A stretch of DNA of 64,000 nucleotides from Camelus ferus (GCF_009834535.1 NC_045697.1:6822001-6886000); one strand, 5' to 3'. Shown: positions 48,296 through 61,903, counted from the stretch's first letter. Notes: a model not told the origin generated them from the sequence alone. Translations and numbers: made by a program.

Positions 48296-50239
48296 AAAAA
48301 AGCACACTTTTTAAAATGATGTTATTGGTAAAGCACAAAATATATGCATAAATGCAATTACAGAAGGTCCAGACTCACACTACCAGGGAACACCGCTCCC
48401 AGGGTTCTGGCTGTGTCCCGCAGCGCGGGCTACAGCGTTGAGAGAAGCAGCGGACTCCTCACCCACAGGAAGAGAGCAGTGCTTTGAGTCAAAACGGACT
48501 CAAAGCTCAAAAGTCCCATCTCAGCGGTGTAATGGTTTTGTGACTCGACCCAGTGACTGAATAGTCCCTGAACATTTTGAGTTTCTCTTGCCTCATCCTC
48601 AACCTGGAGGGACAAGTCTCATCATGTCATTGACCTTCTAGGACTAATGTGAAGAATCAATGCAATTTTTTTAAAGATGTGTGGGATAGTTAATTGTTGT
48701 TCAGTCCATGGCAGATCCCTCTTTCCACTTCCTCACTCCAGCCAGTCACTAAAAAAAATATATAAAATAACAATCTAAAAATAAGCAGGAAACCACTTCA
48801 GTCTTGCATAAAGCCAAGTGAAACTGTGAAGGTAAAAATGCTCCTCTGCAGTAAGACTGAAACCAGTTATTTAAGGCAGTATTCTCACGGTCTAGACCCT
48901 TCCTCTATCATTCTTAACCCCATCAACACCTCTGTTTCCTCCTCTGGGCAGATAATAATAGTTCATATGTGCTTGGTTTATTGCAAGAATATAGGTCAGA
49001 GTTGGTGACAGGGAGGGAGCTTGTGCTTGCTGCTCTCATTACTCATGGCCTCATGATCCACTAATGTTCTGACACACAGAGAGGACCCTCTGCGTCCTTA
49101 GAAAGCCCACCAGTGGAGGGCCAAGAAACATCTCATGCCCTTTTTTAATAAAGATTAAAAAAATAAAATTTCACCACTATGCAGAATTTAGTTGCTGCTG
49201 GAAATAAAAGGGACCACCTTGTGGAGACCTGTCTTGTAATTTTAGGGAGTGAAAATTAAGCAGATTTCTGAAAGGACATGGCAGAGTAGTAACCACTATG
49301 CAACGGGAAATGATGCAGGGTCGAAAATAATGGGATGTCAGAAATGCACACCGTCAGCAAATGTGTGAATAAATTATTCAGCTCCAAGGAATCACACTGC
49401 TCTACAGATCACAATGACATTTTGGTGATTTTGCAGAGGATTCGGTGCATATACTCAAGAGAAACCTTCCTGTACTGTCGCTGTTTGCAGAGTGACTTCT
49501 TTATTCCAACTTGGGAAGCTAGATAGGTCATTGTGGTTTTGTCAGAAAGCATGGAGGCAGCATAGTCTCATCCCAGCTCTATGATAAGATCCTATGACCC
49601 ATCCCTGCCACCAGCACAGACCTCTTTCTAGACTCAGCATTTTTCATCAGGGAACAGTGCTGAGTACACATTTTTGCCTCATTCAACCCACCTCCAATGA
49701 GTACCAGTAATGTCCTAGACACTGTTGTGGGTCGGGGGATACAGATGTTACTAAGGCTCATCTCTGCTTATGAGGGTTGTAACTTCCAGAGGGGGAGGCC
49801 TCAGAGCAGATCAGTTCAATCCACAGCCCATCCGATTGCTTGAACTCCCTGTTTTTTTTCGGGGACTTGTGGCTGAGCAGATGGTTATGTGGCACACATT
49901 TCTAATTTTCTTTCATATTTCCTTTCTGGAGTATAAGCCCCATGAGAGCAGGGAGTTTGCATGTTTCCAAAGCATCCCATGTAGAGGAGACTCAATATCT
50001 GTTCAATGAACTCCTGTGCCAACCTCAGTAAGCACTTCTCTTAACAATATTATGTTACTGGAATTGTTCTGAGCCTCAGAAAGGACAACGACTACACATG
50101 TAATGAAAGGTGGATCTGAAATTCAAACCAGATTTGTTGGACTCCTTGTGTCAGGGCTGTTGCAAGCTGTTCTTAAGAGGAAATGTTGCTAAGACTTGCA
50201 ACAGGAACTTCAGACTGAGCAGTGAACAAAGTATGTTTC

Positions 50240-50830
50240 CCCCAGTAACCCCCATAACCAAGAGAATGGCACCACTTTGGCCAAACTGACTAAGTCAGGG
50301 AGCTGGAAATGAGCTTTAACTCCTTTGGTCTCCCCTTAGCCCCATGTAGCCACCCAATCCTGCTGACCCTGTACCTGTGTATCTCTTCCACTTGATCTCC
50401 CTGTTCTGTTCCCACCCATGTGGTCCAAGCTGTCATCACTTCATCTGGACCATTGCAAATAACTTCCAGACTTTTCTCTCCCTTTCCAATCTCCTCCCCA
50501 GCCCCCAAAAGCCATCTCCCAAGCCCTGTATATTATGCGTGTATTTAAAAGCACAAATCTCATCCTGTCCCTCCCTGTCTGAGCCCCACTCATGCCTTGT
50601 AATTCTAGGGACAAAGTGCAGTCTCACCTGGAAAACATGGTCCTGGTGCTACAAGCCCTGCTGCTTCCTTCTGACCCCTTCCAGGCTTCATCCTTTCACA
50701 TGTGTGTCCATATTAGAGTCACTTGGACTTGCTTCCAGTTCCCAACCATATCAGAATGGCCCTTACTGCCAAGCTTTTTCTTAACACTCTCTCCACTTGA
50801 AATGCTTTTCTGCATCTGACCATCTGGAGA
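50240..50830 (+). mobile_element. L2 LINE fragment
   Basis: aatggcaccac...ggtccaagctgtcatcacttcatctggaccattgcaaataacttcc...aaagcacaaatctcatcctgtc. Confidence 0.7.
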
Positions 50831-50834
50831 GCAC

Positions 50835-51062
50835 CAAATGGCTTGGTTAATCATGCAGACCAAGGGCCAGTCAGCCTGAGTTCCCCAGCTCCACCACCAA
50901 CTGATTGTATGACCTTGGGCATGTTACCTTTTGTGGCTCAGTTTCTCTATCTAAAAAAATGAGATAATAAAGATTTCTGCCTCAGGGGATGCTTGTGAGG
51001 ACTTACGGACTTAATATGCATAAAGCACTTAGAGAAGAGACTGGCCCAGAGTAGGCACCCTG
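50835..51062 (+). mobile_element. MIR SINE, near full length
   Basis: tgtatgaccttgggcatgtta...ctcagtttctctatctaaaa...tgcataaagcacttag. Confidence 0.8.
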
Positions 51063-51063
51063 T

Positions 51064-51192
51064 CAGTAGTGCTCGGATGATGGTCCCTAGATCATCAGCG
51101 GCAGATCCCTGAGAACTTGTTAGAAATGCAAATTCTCTGGCCCCATACCTTACAAAATCAGAAACCGTGGGGATGGGGTCCAGCAGCTGTGT
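51064..51192. mobile_element. hAT-Charlie MITE, MER5A-like
   Basis: gaacttgttagaaatgcaaattctctggcccca...aatcagaaac...gggatggggtccagca. Confidence 0.8.
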
Positions 51193-51231
51193 GTGGCTCC
51201 TCCTGTTTACTCATCTGGGAAATTTTTGCTC

Positions 51232-51396
51232 AAACCATTGATTTGATTGCAGCCTTATGAGACCCAGAAGGAGAGGACCTAGCTAAGCCATGCCTAGATT
51301 CCCACCCCATAAAAACTGTGAGAGAATAAATGTTTGCTGTTTTAAGCCTCTCCATATTGGAGCAGTTTGTTACACAGCAATAGGTATCGAACTACA
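51232..51396 (+). mobile_element. MaLR LTR 3' fragment (MLT1D/E-like)
   Basis: ttgattgcagccttatgagaccc...agctaagccatgcctagattcc...aactgtgagagaataaatg...tttgttacacagcaatag. Confidence 0.75.
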
Positions 51397-52339
51397 TCAC
51401 ACGTGGCCAAGAGTGAGCCATGATGGAGGGCTTTGTTTGTGGTCTCAACATCAGTAGTTCTAAACCTTTGTGGGGAAGCAGAGTGCTGTTAAATGCTAGA
51501 CTTTTTGTTGCTGGATGTGAAGATACTAAAATACTCAAAAGTTATCAGTAATTATAGAACCACCTCTAGGAGTGAGCACCTGACTCTTGGTTACTTCACT
51601 TTATCACAGGCACCAGGCTGTTGTTGGGAAAAACAAAAACAACAAACAAAAAAACCTTGCAGTGCACCCACTCAGTTCTCTTACACTTGTTAGTTGAAAT
51701 CCTTGCACTTTCCACTGCTAACTACACATTATGCTTTACTTTTTACCCCTTACCAAAAGCACATTGGACTTCATGCTTCTCTGTGTTATTTAACCAGCTT
51801 AGCTCTGTGAGTTACCAGGTAGGCATCATCCTAATAGTATTATACTCAATTTTAACTACACTTAATTTTGCACATGGATGCACACTGACTTGCATACCTA
51901 TGAAAGTTTTATATTATGCCAGATGAGAGTGACTGTCCCAGATCCCCCCCACTAATACAGTGGAAGCCCTCCATGCATTGCCTTTGGCCAACTGAGGTAT
52001 CCCAAGATCCATCTACCTAAAGCAGTAGCAGACAGAACCTTCTCACAAGCTCTAGGAGGGCGCAAGCTGGCTTCTAGAGTCCCACACTTTTCTGTAACTC
52101 TTCTCAGTTCCACAAAGGCTTCCTAAGGTCCATGGGTATATTTACACGCTCAAGCTGCTTCTGCTTCTAATGAAAGTATTAAAGGCTCACTCTCTGGTTT
52201 CCTCTTGGGCCATTATCTCATATATCTATTCGACATTCCTCATCTCTTAACTCAATTCATAATCACATGCTAGTGTGACTTGCAATGAGATTTCTTGAGG
52301 CTTCATTTAAAATGAGGAGCCCTGATTATTTTTTAATTA

Positions 52340-52570
52340 TTCCTTATCATCATCATCATCATTATCATTATGCACATTATTTACTAAAGGTCTTTTATTG
52401 GTCAGTGACTCTGTAGAGTTTTTTCCTAAGTAATAATTATCCCATAATTATTCTGTTTTAACAAATGAGATGACTGAGATTCAGAATGGTTCTGACTTGC
52501 TCAAGAGCACATCACTAATTAGAGATGAAGCTAAGGTTCAGATCTGACCCTCTGCTCAGTGCTCTTTTTG
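52340..52570 (-). mobile_element. MIR SINE
   Basis: aatgagatgactgagattcagaatggttctgacttgctcaagagcac. Confidence 0.65.
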
Positions 52571-53869
52571 TTCCAAGGTTAGCAAAAGGGAAGGGAATGT
52601 ATCCTTGTGCATGATTAAAAACATTATAAAACTCACTTCTGATTATTTTACCTTTTGCAAAATCCTCACTACCTATTTTTTCTAAATTTTCCAAGACATG
52701 TTCTCTGTACTAATGGTTTGGTTCTTCCCGCTGATTCTTTCCAAAATGGTATCTGACAACTGCAGAGTGCTTCATCCCAGCTGCAGACGTGGCACTTCTT
52801 CTGGGAGAAGTGGCCATTGAAGGGCTCCCAGGCAGATAAAATAGCCTTCCCAGAACAAGGATTCTGCTGAACCAAAGGAAACCAAGAAAATGGAAGCATC
52901 CTATAATTAACGCTGTTAGTTGACTTGGCACATTGTCTCATTGGAAGCTACCATGAAATATAAAGAGAACCATTTTCATCATGAGAAGTTCTGACATATG
53001 AGCTCATCCTTAGCAGCTCCTAAAACATCACTCAGTGCGGTTACTGGGTATCAGTGAGACCTGCAGTCTCATGTTCCTTTTCGTTTCCCATCTGAGGTCA
53101 GGTCCCCTTGCACTTCGCATGTATTCCCATCTTTGGGATCTACCAGTGTCTTGGAGCTGATGGCTTGTCTGCCCCACACTGTGGCCCCTGGGAGCTCTTA
53201 AGGACAGAAATCACGTTCTGTACTTCTCTAAACTCTCATTGGTGCCTAGCACACAGCAGTCACTCCAGAAATACTTCTTTAAAAATGCTTAAGTAAACAG
53301 TAAATAGCCATTTAGAATGGAAATTTTCCTTAAATGAAACAGATTTAAAATTACAATAATTAGCGTGTATAGTGTGTATTTTCAGACGCGATTCTTGTAA
53401 TTCTATGTCATTTAGTGCTCACCACAGTCTCTGACATAGGCGCTACACATGCAAAATTCAGAGAGCTCATATTTCTTGCCCAAGGTCACGAGGACAGTTA
53501 GTGTCCAAGTTGGCTTTGGAAGCCGGAACCTGAACTCTTTGCTTCCACGATGATGGTGTGCAATGATTTCTCATTTCCAGGATAACCAGGATATGGGCAG
53601 GTGAAGAGGTGGCCCAAAATTCCAAGAATTCAAACTATTTGTCCTTGGTTCTTTCAAGTGCATCATACCATTTCATCACGCTAATGAAGTCTGGCTAGCG
53701 AAAGACAGAGACTGGATGGGAGCTCAGATTTTCTGCATCTAAGTCCATCATCTTTTCCAAAATAAGGTCCATCAAGTTATGGTCAAACTGAGGAAAGACA
53801 GGAAATAAATAAGGAGAATAAATATTTATTTACTATCACACTGAGAATCTGAAACTCCAATGAAATTTT

Positions 53870-54050
53870 TTCTTTTCATTAAGCTCTCATGATAATTCTG
53901 CCAAACGCATTTTATCCTCTTTAATCTAGGCCAAGGTTGAGGTTCAAAGAAGTTAGGGAATAGGTTTAAGGCCACACAGACAGGAAGTGGCAGAGCAGGA
54001 ATTCAATGCAAGTTTGGGGACTCCAAAATCCAGACTCTTTTCATAACATC
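53870..54050 (-). mobile_element. MIR SINE
   Basis: aaggccacacagacaggaagtggcagagcaggaattcaa...gactccaaaatcc. Confidence 0.7.
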
Positions 54051-54137
54051 ACGCTTTTTTCAAAACGCAGCTTAAAATTGGCTTTTTCTGTGTATATTCG
54101 AGAGAAAAAGATCTACTGCAACCAAGCCAGAAACAAA

Positions 54138-54270
54138 TCGTAAAAATAAACCCTTAGTAAGTCTATTTGACTCATGTTACAGGGTGAGTCACCACAAAAG
54201 ATAAAGGCAGAAGCAGGAAGAGAAATTGGTCTGTGCCCCTGACTTTCCCTCCACCCTTGTGGAATTCCCC
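54138..54270. promoter_or_regulatory. Candidate enhancer motif cluster (2x AP-1, RUNX, GATA, ETS, NF-kB)
   Basis: TGACTCA 54168, TGAGTCA 54185, ACCACA 54191, AGATAA 54199, CAGGAAG 54214, GGAATTCCCC 54261; motif evidence only. Confidence 0.4.
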
Positions 54271-55701
54271 CTTTGGAGCTGAGGGGTTTGCAAGTCATAC
54301 AATCACCGGGAGGGCACCTGACTCTGAAAGTGTTTCTTTCTTTCCTTTTTACTTTTTATAAGCTCCAGTTACATGGTTCAGTTATTTCAAGTTGTCTGAT
54401 GGCTTTGGGACCAAAATAGGCTCTCCTGAAAGACACAGTGAGAACAGCAACTAACTGGGATGCTCTGCAGACAGTGAAATTCTGATACATCTCCGGGTCT
54501 GAATGTCACCTTCAACGTTCCTATTCTTGATTAGAGTTTGAAGTACAGATGCCTTTCTTGTTCTGAGACTTGCATATGGTCCCTTTATTAGGAATAACAC
54601 ATATAGTAAATAGCATTTATCAATTTGATTTGAGGACGGTATCCCTTCTGTCATGCACTGAATATATGCCCTTGTTCAGCTGATTCAACCTCTCTGTGCC
54701 TCAGTGCTTCACCTGTGAATTGGGATCAATAATGGGAAGTCAGAGGAGTGGCTCTGGGCGGTGATGAGTTAATAGCCAGCACAGCATGTGGTACAGAGCT
54801 GGCAGTCAATCAGTGATGCTCCACTGCATGCTGTATTATCTTATGGATGAGTCCCAACTGTAGCTCCAGTAAATCCTAGAAAACACTTCTTAGTGGTGAC
54901 TTTCGTAAAAGAATGCACAAATTACAGATGCCATCTTCTATTTGCCGGTTTGTTCAGGTTTGCCATATTTGGTGAAGATGAATTATTGAGCAGCTGAAGT
55001 TAATGAAGATGAAACTCCCAAATTTAACTGGGTCATGATATTTAAAACAAAGAAAGGTGGACTCTCTGTCCTTGCACTATGATTTTAGATTCCATGGAAG
55101 TAGTAATGACAGTAGTGATCATATTATTGGCAACAGTAATAATAATAATATACTATAATATAATAATGGTGATAATAGCAATAGAAGGGAAAACATATAT
55201 TATAGGAAATATATCATACGTTAAACACTGTTTTAACCATTTATATACACTAATTTCAAAATAATCTTAAAAAGTGGATATTTTAAGCATTAGCTGATGG
55301 CAAGTGTGAGTTTTTCTCAAAGGATCTTTGAAATAAGAAAGAAGTAAGTTAAGCCAAAACAATAGCATAAAATAGTCATTTTTAAATTGAACAGAATAGA
55401 CAGTAGATATGTTAGCAATATAATAATGACAGTAACAACCATCACTGCAAGTAGCATGCACGGAGCATGTAGCACTTGGCACTGGGTTAAGTGATTTGCG
55501 TAAATTGTCCTACTTAAAACTTATGGTTGGAACATTCCAGTTACACAGAAGTTATACCTCATTATACTCCGAAAAGGAGGCACAAAATGCAGGATTCCAT
55601 GAATTTTAGGCAGCAGGGAGGTACTCTGGGCTGTAGGAATAGAAGGTGATTTTTCTTTGTGCTCACCAAGCAGCAACAGGGTAATGAGCTCAGCCTCCCT
55701 A

Positions 55702-56170
55702 TGCCCCTAGTTTGAGCTTCCCTCAAAACAGACCCTGAGACGAGGATTTGGTGAAGATTGTATTTTTGGGAAATGACTCCACCATTTAGGAGTGAGGAAG
55801 TGCTGAGAGTGAGATAATGGAAGTGAAAAAGTGAATGGAGTGTGCATTGTCGAGCTGGGTACCAGGCTCAGAGCTGGGCTTTAGCTGTACTGTGGGTCAT
55901 GTCAAATACTCTCAGAATTGTCTCTCCAAGGGTAGGAGTCTGCAGCACTTATCTATCAGCTCATATGCCCCATTGGTTGAGGGCTTCCATGAGAGCAATG
56001 CCTTTCTGTACTTCTAGTTTTTCCTGCATGTGGGTTCGGATGGCATCAGAGAAGCCCGGGGCAGGAAAGGAAGAGATGTTGAGGTGAGACATGGTCAGCT
56101 TACGTGGAGCATCCTAGGGCTGTGTAGAATCAGAAGAAATGGGACACAGAGCACCATGAGTGTCTGCTAC
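55702..56170 (-). mobile_element. ERVL 3' LTR (LTR67B/LTR16-group-like)
   Basis: tagtttgagcttccctcaaaacagaccctgagacgaggatttgg...ctcagaattgtc...cccattggttgagggc...tgtctgctac; abuts ERVL internal sequence. Confidence 0.72.
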
Positions 56171-57780
56171 CTCCTACATGCTCAGTTCTAATCATGCCCT
56201 CATGAAGTCCATTCTGTCACTGACTCTTCAAGGTGGTTGCCAGAAGTAATCTCTAAGAACAATCTCTTAGAACAGTCATGAGGGCTAGTGGGACAAGTGA
56301 CGGTGCCACACCATTGCAGGGCTCCTGGGGCTGTGACTGAGAGTCACCATCTCCTTCTTCCAACGTCCAACTTATATTTTTCTCACCCTCAGCCAGCATT
56401 TCAGATAGTCTACAGTATTTGCATGTTGAAGTGATATAGACCATCATCCCCCTCAGATCTTGCCCATTTTGGGCAAGTTTGCTGCAATGGACTGATCTCT
56501 GTTACAATCAGGCATAGGAGCACCAAAATGTGACTGTGAATTCTGAGTGGATCTCTTTGCTTTCATCATTATAACAGCAATCCTACTTCCCCATGAAGAT
56601 ATAGAGTCAGTTACCCAAACCAGTGATAATCCTTTTTCCTGATTGTATACTGGCGTGACAGTTCCAAAGGGAGCTGATGGCAGTCACAGCTGCAGGTCTG
56701 GCAACACGCTTACTGGGTTCCCCAGTTATGAGAGGAAGCACGGTGTCATTGGGGATAATGAAAGGGGCCAGTTTTACTTCCATCCATAGATCCTGTACCT
56801 GTGAATCCTGCTCATTGGGAAAAAATTATCATATATCAGTCATTGTGTCCAAGCATGGGTCTTAACCTGAAGGATAGCATTCCAGCATGCAAAATGTTTG
56901 TTCTCAAATGGTACTTTAGCTTAGGTTTTTATTGATTTTTCCAACATTCTATTAGTCTGTTGCTTCTAAGTGATGAAGACTGTGGTAGGATCAGTGGATC
57001 CCTTTTATGTGTTTCTATTGCACATTTTTTCTCAATAAAATGTTCTAAGACAATGTAATGCAGGATCTCATGTTTATTAATCATGTGCTCTCTACATCCT
57101 TGAAAATTGCTTCTGGCAGAGACACTGAAGTTGGGGAAGGCAAATACTTATCCATGTACTGTTCCATTTAAGACAATTTGCTGTCCTAACAACTATTGGT
57201 CCCAACATAACCAAGCTACCAAGTGTCAGGCTGGACTCCTTAAGGGTTAGGTACATACTGAGGATTTAGAGCTCATCTCTGCCACTATAAGTCTGGGCAT
57301 ACAGCAGCAGAAGAGACTGTAATAAGTTTGGGTAAGAATCCATCCTACTGGGCTCAAGGCATAGCTTGCATGCCTGCCACCATGGCTGTGCCAATCTTGG
57401 GCCCATTATCCAAGCAGTGGGTGGCTGAGGACACAGGAGCTGGAGGGGCTTGTTGCCATGCCCTGGATGAATCCTTTAGCTTGTCTGGTTATTCAGTGAT
57501 TCTTCTGATGTGTCTATTTTCTGGTGGGCATTGACATGAGACACAAAAATTCATACCCTTTGGCTCTACTTCTGAGTGTCCATCTACATGTATCTTCCCC
57601 AGAACCCTTTGCCTCTGATTTTAAATTTTTCTCCTTCCTGGCTCCTCCTGCTAGCCAAGCTATTTGTCACTATTCAGGAGTTCATTTTAAACTGTGTAGC
57701 TGAGCCATGTCTCTTTCCATATACATTTGTGAAATTTCACTCTCTGAGTCTGCCTCCTTAGGACTGAAACTACATCCCCA
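56171..57780 (-). pseudogene. pol: Decayed ERV-L internal region: RNase H, integrase and dUTPase remnants
   Basis: Minus-strand translations IFVSHVNAHQKIDTSEESLNNQ (57484-57550), WAQDWHSHGGRHASYA (about 57358-57405), GIH*SYH..HH.EA..LIECW (56941-57003) and VTDS..HGEVGLLL (56571-56614) match ERV-L pol/dUTPase motifs; many stops and frameshifts. Confidence 0.85.
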
Positions 57781-58149
57781 AACCACAACAAATTCACCGT
57801 GCCATCTTGAGAGGCTTCACGGTGACCACAGCTCTCATTTTCCTTGCTCTCTGCCCACAGGCTGCTTCTTCCCATTCTCAGCATCTAGTAAAATGCACTG
57901 TGTCTTCTTTCTTTCCCCCTAGTTTTTAACAATGACAAAGTCAAGAAACATTTATTTGTTTTTGTTTCCACTTTTACCATGAGGCAACCAAATCTCATTC
58001 CTATTTTGGGGTGAGTTTGTCACTGGGGACTGTATTTGTAGGAGGCGATTTCCCATCTCTTGCTATGGAAGTTGAGGCAAAGTAAGGCTCTTATAATTTA
58101 CCTAAAGCAACATGGTTCAGTCTCCACCAAGCAGATGGTTCTACCAGAT

Positions 58150-58455
58150 TTAAATATTGTGTTATTAGGGCAACGAGGGATTGATTATGGAGAAAGTACC
58201 TGATTCATAGACTAGTCATGGTGTTCCATAGCAACTGAGGTCATGGCACAGATGTAAAGTCATAATCAGACAGTCCTGTAAGCATGACCTTGACTCAGGT
58301 TACTGCTGCCAGACCCCTTGGGTTGTAGCCATTCTCCACGTCTTGTTTTCTCCCAATCCAATGAGAGATTGCATATCTTTATAATAAGTTCCTTTTCTCC
58401 CTACATCAGAGTTATTCTTTTTTTGTCATTCACTACCAAAACCCTGACTAAAACA
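58150..58455 (+). mobile_element. Old MaLR LTR 3' fragment (MLT1K/L-like)
   Basis: ataataagttccttttc...cagagttattc...accaaaaccctgactaaaaca. Confidence 0.5.
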
Positions 58456-58700
58456 GTGTCAAACCCAATTTTATTCAGATGCACATGATGCCATCAAATT
58501 GAGGGAAAAGGTAGATATAAATAAGTTATGGAAGCTGTCACAATGTAGTAGAAATAAAAGACTGGACTCTGAGTCAGGAGATGTTAATAATGATAAGGAA
58601 AATATGCATTTATAATAATGACTTCTACTAGCATATGACTCTATAATTCTTAATTCTTTCAATTCTACTATCCTAGATCTTGCTCTGTATTTTGCTAATT

Positions 58701-58908
58701 ATGTGGCATGCTGGCAAATGTTTAACAACTAGCATTCCAGAAAAGAAAAAGCCCTGAATTGTAGCATTTTGCCAATGTCTATAGTGTAAATACTCCCATG
58801 ATAGCCAAGTTCAATCTATCAATCTGACATCGCTGACAGTGTGGTTAGGAGCAGGTGCCCACATTTGGCTCTCATAAACTGATATAAGTGGACCCCAGGA
58901 CACCCCTA
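58701..58908. mobile_element. hAT-Blackjack MITE, MER63A-like, inside a MIR
   Basis: tgctggcaaatgtttaacaac...aaaaagccctgaattgtagcatt...gtgtaaatactccca...ccaggacacccc; MIR halves at about 58550-58700 and 58910-59090. Confidence 0.8.
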
Positions 58909-61092
58909 CCTATGACTTTGATGAAGTAAATTAATTTCTTCACATTCAGCTTCGACTCCTTCAAAACCCCAGAGTGAAATGATATAATTTTAATTGTGAG
59001 TGGACGGTTGTGCAAAAGATGAATTAAGCACAGCGCCATCCTTTTGATCAAAATATTTGGTAAGATTTGTGGACTCACTGTAAATAGAATCAGCTGTAAA
59101 TATTTTTGAATGGGTGTATCATGACAAGAAATGTACTGTGATTAAATTTCCATTTTTAAACAGAAAACATGAAATATGTTTCTACTTCAGAAACCCCATT
59201 GCCAGCTTGTTGGAAATTTGTGGAAACAGTATTTTCAGTTGACAACGCACATCAGCGTGGCGGGCAAGAGACCAGGAAAGAAGGCCGAGACTTGGAGATG
59301 TTATACAAAGTGAAAAACTGGAAACGCTAGCTAAAAACCTTATGTTTAACTCAGCCGATATCAGATGGTTTGCCTCACACTCTGGCAAATATTTGAATAA
59401 GTTGAGAGATTATCTAGACAAACCAAAATAAGTCCATTTAAATGTTTGAATTGTACACCCACTTCCTAATAAAATAGTGTGTGGCAACCTCCCTAACTAT
59501 GTACTTCCCATCTTTCTTGCTATGAGAACTCTGTTATTGACAACTTCAGGCAGCCCAATTCCTGGCAGAGGTGGGAAAAGAAACTTCCATAAGCCCAAAA
59601 TTGAGGAGAAGTCCTCCTCCTCAGTGAAAGTAAATTATGTGGCAAAAATAGTAAAGAACCCATTAAAATTTACTTGGCTAGATTTCTTATATGCACCTGA
59701 TGTGGTACAATAATCACTAGAAAGTGGACTGTAATAACTTTAAAATGTATGCTATAAAGCCTAAAACAATAATTTAAATAACACAGATGTGCAGGTGATA
59801 AACCAAGAGTGAATATAAATGGAGTTATAAATGCATTCAGTTAGTCCAAAAGAAATCAGAAAAAGGAGACAGAGTACAACTCACACAAATAGAAACCAAA
59901 TAGCAAGATGACAGACTGAAATCTGAACATATCAATAATCATATTAAATGTAAGTAGTCTAAAGATCCCAATGAAAAGGCAGAGGTTGTCATTTTGGGGC
60001 AGAGGGATGCAAAGCCCAACCATACCCTCCTACAAAAAAATGCACTTGAAATATGAAAACACAAATAAATTAAAAGCAGAAGGGTAGAAAAAGGTATGCC
60101 CAGCAAACACTAACCAAAAAAAGCTAGATGGCTAAATTAGTATCGAAGTGGATTTCAGAGTAAAGATAATGATAAAAAGGTTAATTTATCAAGAAGAAAT
60201 AATAATATTGAATATTTATTCACCATAGAACAGAATTTCATAATACATGAGGCAAAAATTGATAGAACCGTAAGAAAAATAGAGAAATCTAAAATTTTAG
60301 TCATAAAAATCAAAACTGCTTTTTCAACAAGTAAATAGACAACAAGGATATATAAGATTTGAATACTATTGAATGACTCAATCTAATTGACATTTATAGA
60401 ATACACACACACAGACACACACACTCATATCCTTGTCCACAGAAAATTCAACAGGAGAGCTAACACTATGGGTCATAAAGTAAGTCTCAATAAATGTAAA
60501 AGGATGAAAGTTACATGAAATTTGTTTTCTGATCACAATGGAATTATAATAGAAATTAATAACATAAAGATATCTGGAAATCTGCCAACTTTTTTGAAAA
60601 CAAACACAAATGTATCAATGAATTGTATGTATTGTATCAAATGAAATATATCAACTAACACAAATGAATCAAAGAAGAAATAAGAAAGTATTCTGAACCG
60701 AATGAAAAATACAATTACATATCAAAATCTTAGGATGCTACTAAAGCAGAATTTAGGGTGAGATTTGTGGCACAAAATTCACACGATGGAAAATTGTCTC
60801 GAATTAAATACTTCAGCTTCCACATCAAAAAATAAAAACAGAATTAAAATAAAAGAAAACAGAAAAGAGATGGTAATTATTAGTAAAGATTAAAAAGACA
60901 ATAAAATAGAAAAAAATTATTAGAATGGAAATCTATAAAGTAGAAAAAATCAGTAATAATAGAGGTTATGTCACTACAGATAGTAAAAAGATAATAAGGG
61001 GGTGTTTTAAATAAGTTTGTGTGTTTAGATTGATAAACTGTATGAAATAGAAAAATTCCTTGGAAGACACAAATTAAAATGTACTCAAAGTA

Positions 61093-61437
61093 TCATACGA
61101 TGGTGCTTACATGTGGAACTTAGAAAAAAAATACAAATTTTATTTAGAAACCAGAAATAGACTCACAGACAAAGGGGTTACCATGAGGGAAAGAGAGAGG
61201 AGGGATGGCTTACGAGTTTGGGATTAACAGATACATATTATTATATAAAAAACAGTTAAACAAGGACCTACTGTATAGCACAGGGAACAATATTCAATTT
61301 TTTCTAATGAGCCATAATGGAAAAGAATCTGAAAATATATACATGTATGTATGTATATGTATAACTGAATCACTTAGCTGTACACCTGAAACTAACACTG
61401 TAAATTGAGTACACTTCAATAAAAAATCAGAATTAAA
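61093..61437 (+). mobile_element. Artiodactyl-type L1 3' end nested in the older L1
   Basis: ccagaaatagactcacagac...caaggacctactgtatagcacagggaac...tgtacacctgaaactaacac...cttcaataaaaaa; possible TSD aaagta. Confidence 0.85.
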
Positions 61438-61903
61438 AAAGTAGATAGCCTGAATACTCTCACATCTATTTAAGAGATTTAATTTTACTGAAAAATCTAC
61501 AAAGACTCCCAGGCCCATACGACTTCACTGCTGAATTCCACCAAATGTTGAATGAAGAAATAAGAACAATTCTACACAAAGTCTTCTAGAAAATTGAAGA
61601 GATGAGAATACTTCCCAATTCATTGTTTGAGGCCAGCATTATACCGATAACCAGTCCAGTTAAGCAAATTATGAAAATATGAAACTACAGAACAATATCA
61701 CTCGCAAATAAAGAAACAAAAATTCTAAACCAATGTTAGAAAATCAAAACCAAGAGCATAAAAAAAGATAATGTATTATGAATAAAGGGCTTTATCCTAG
61801 GAATACAAAATTCGTTTAATATTTGAAAATCAGTCAATATAATTTACCATATTCACAAACCAAAAGAAGAAAATCTATGGGCATATCAATATGTGCAAAA
61901 ATT

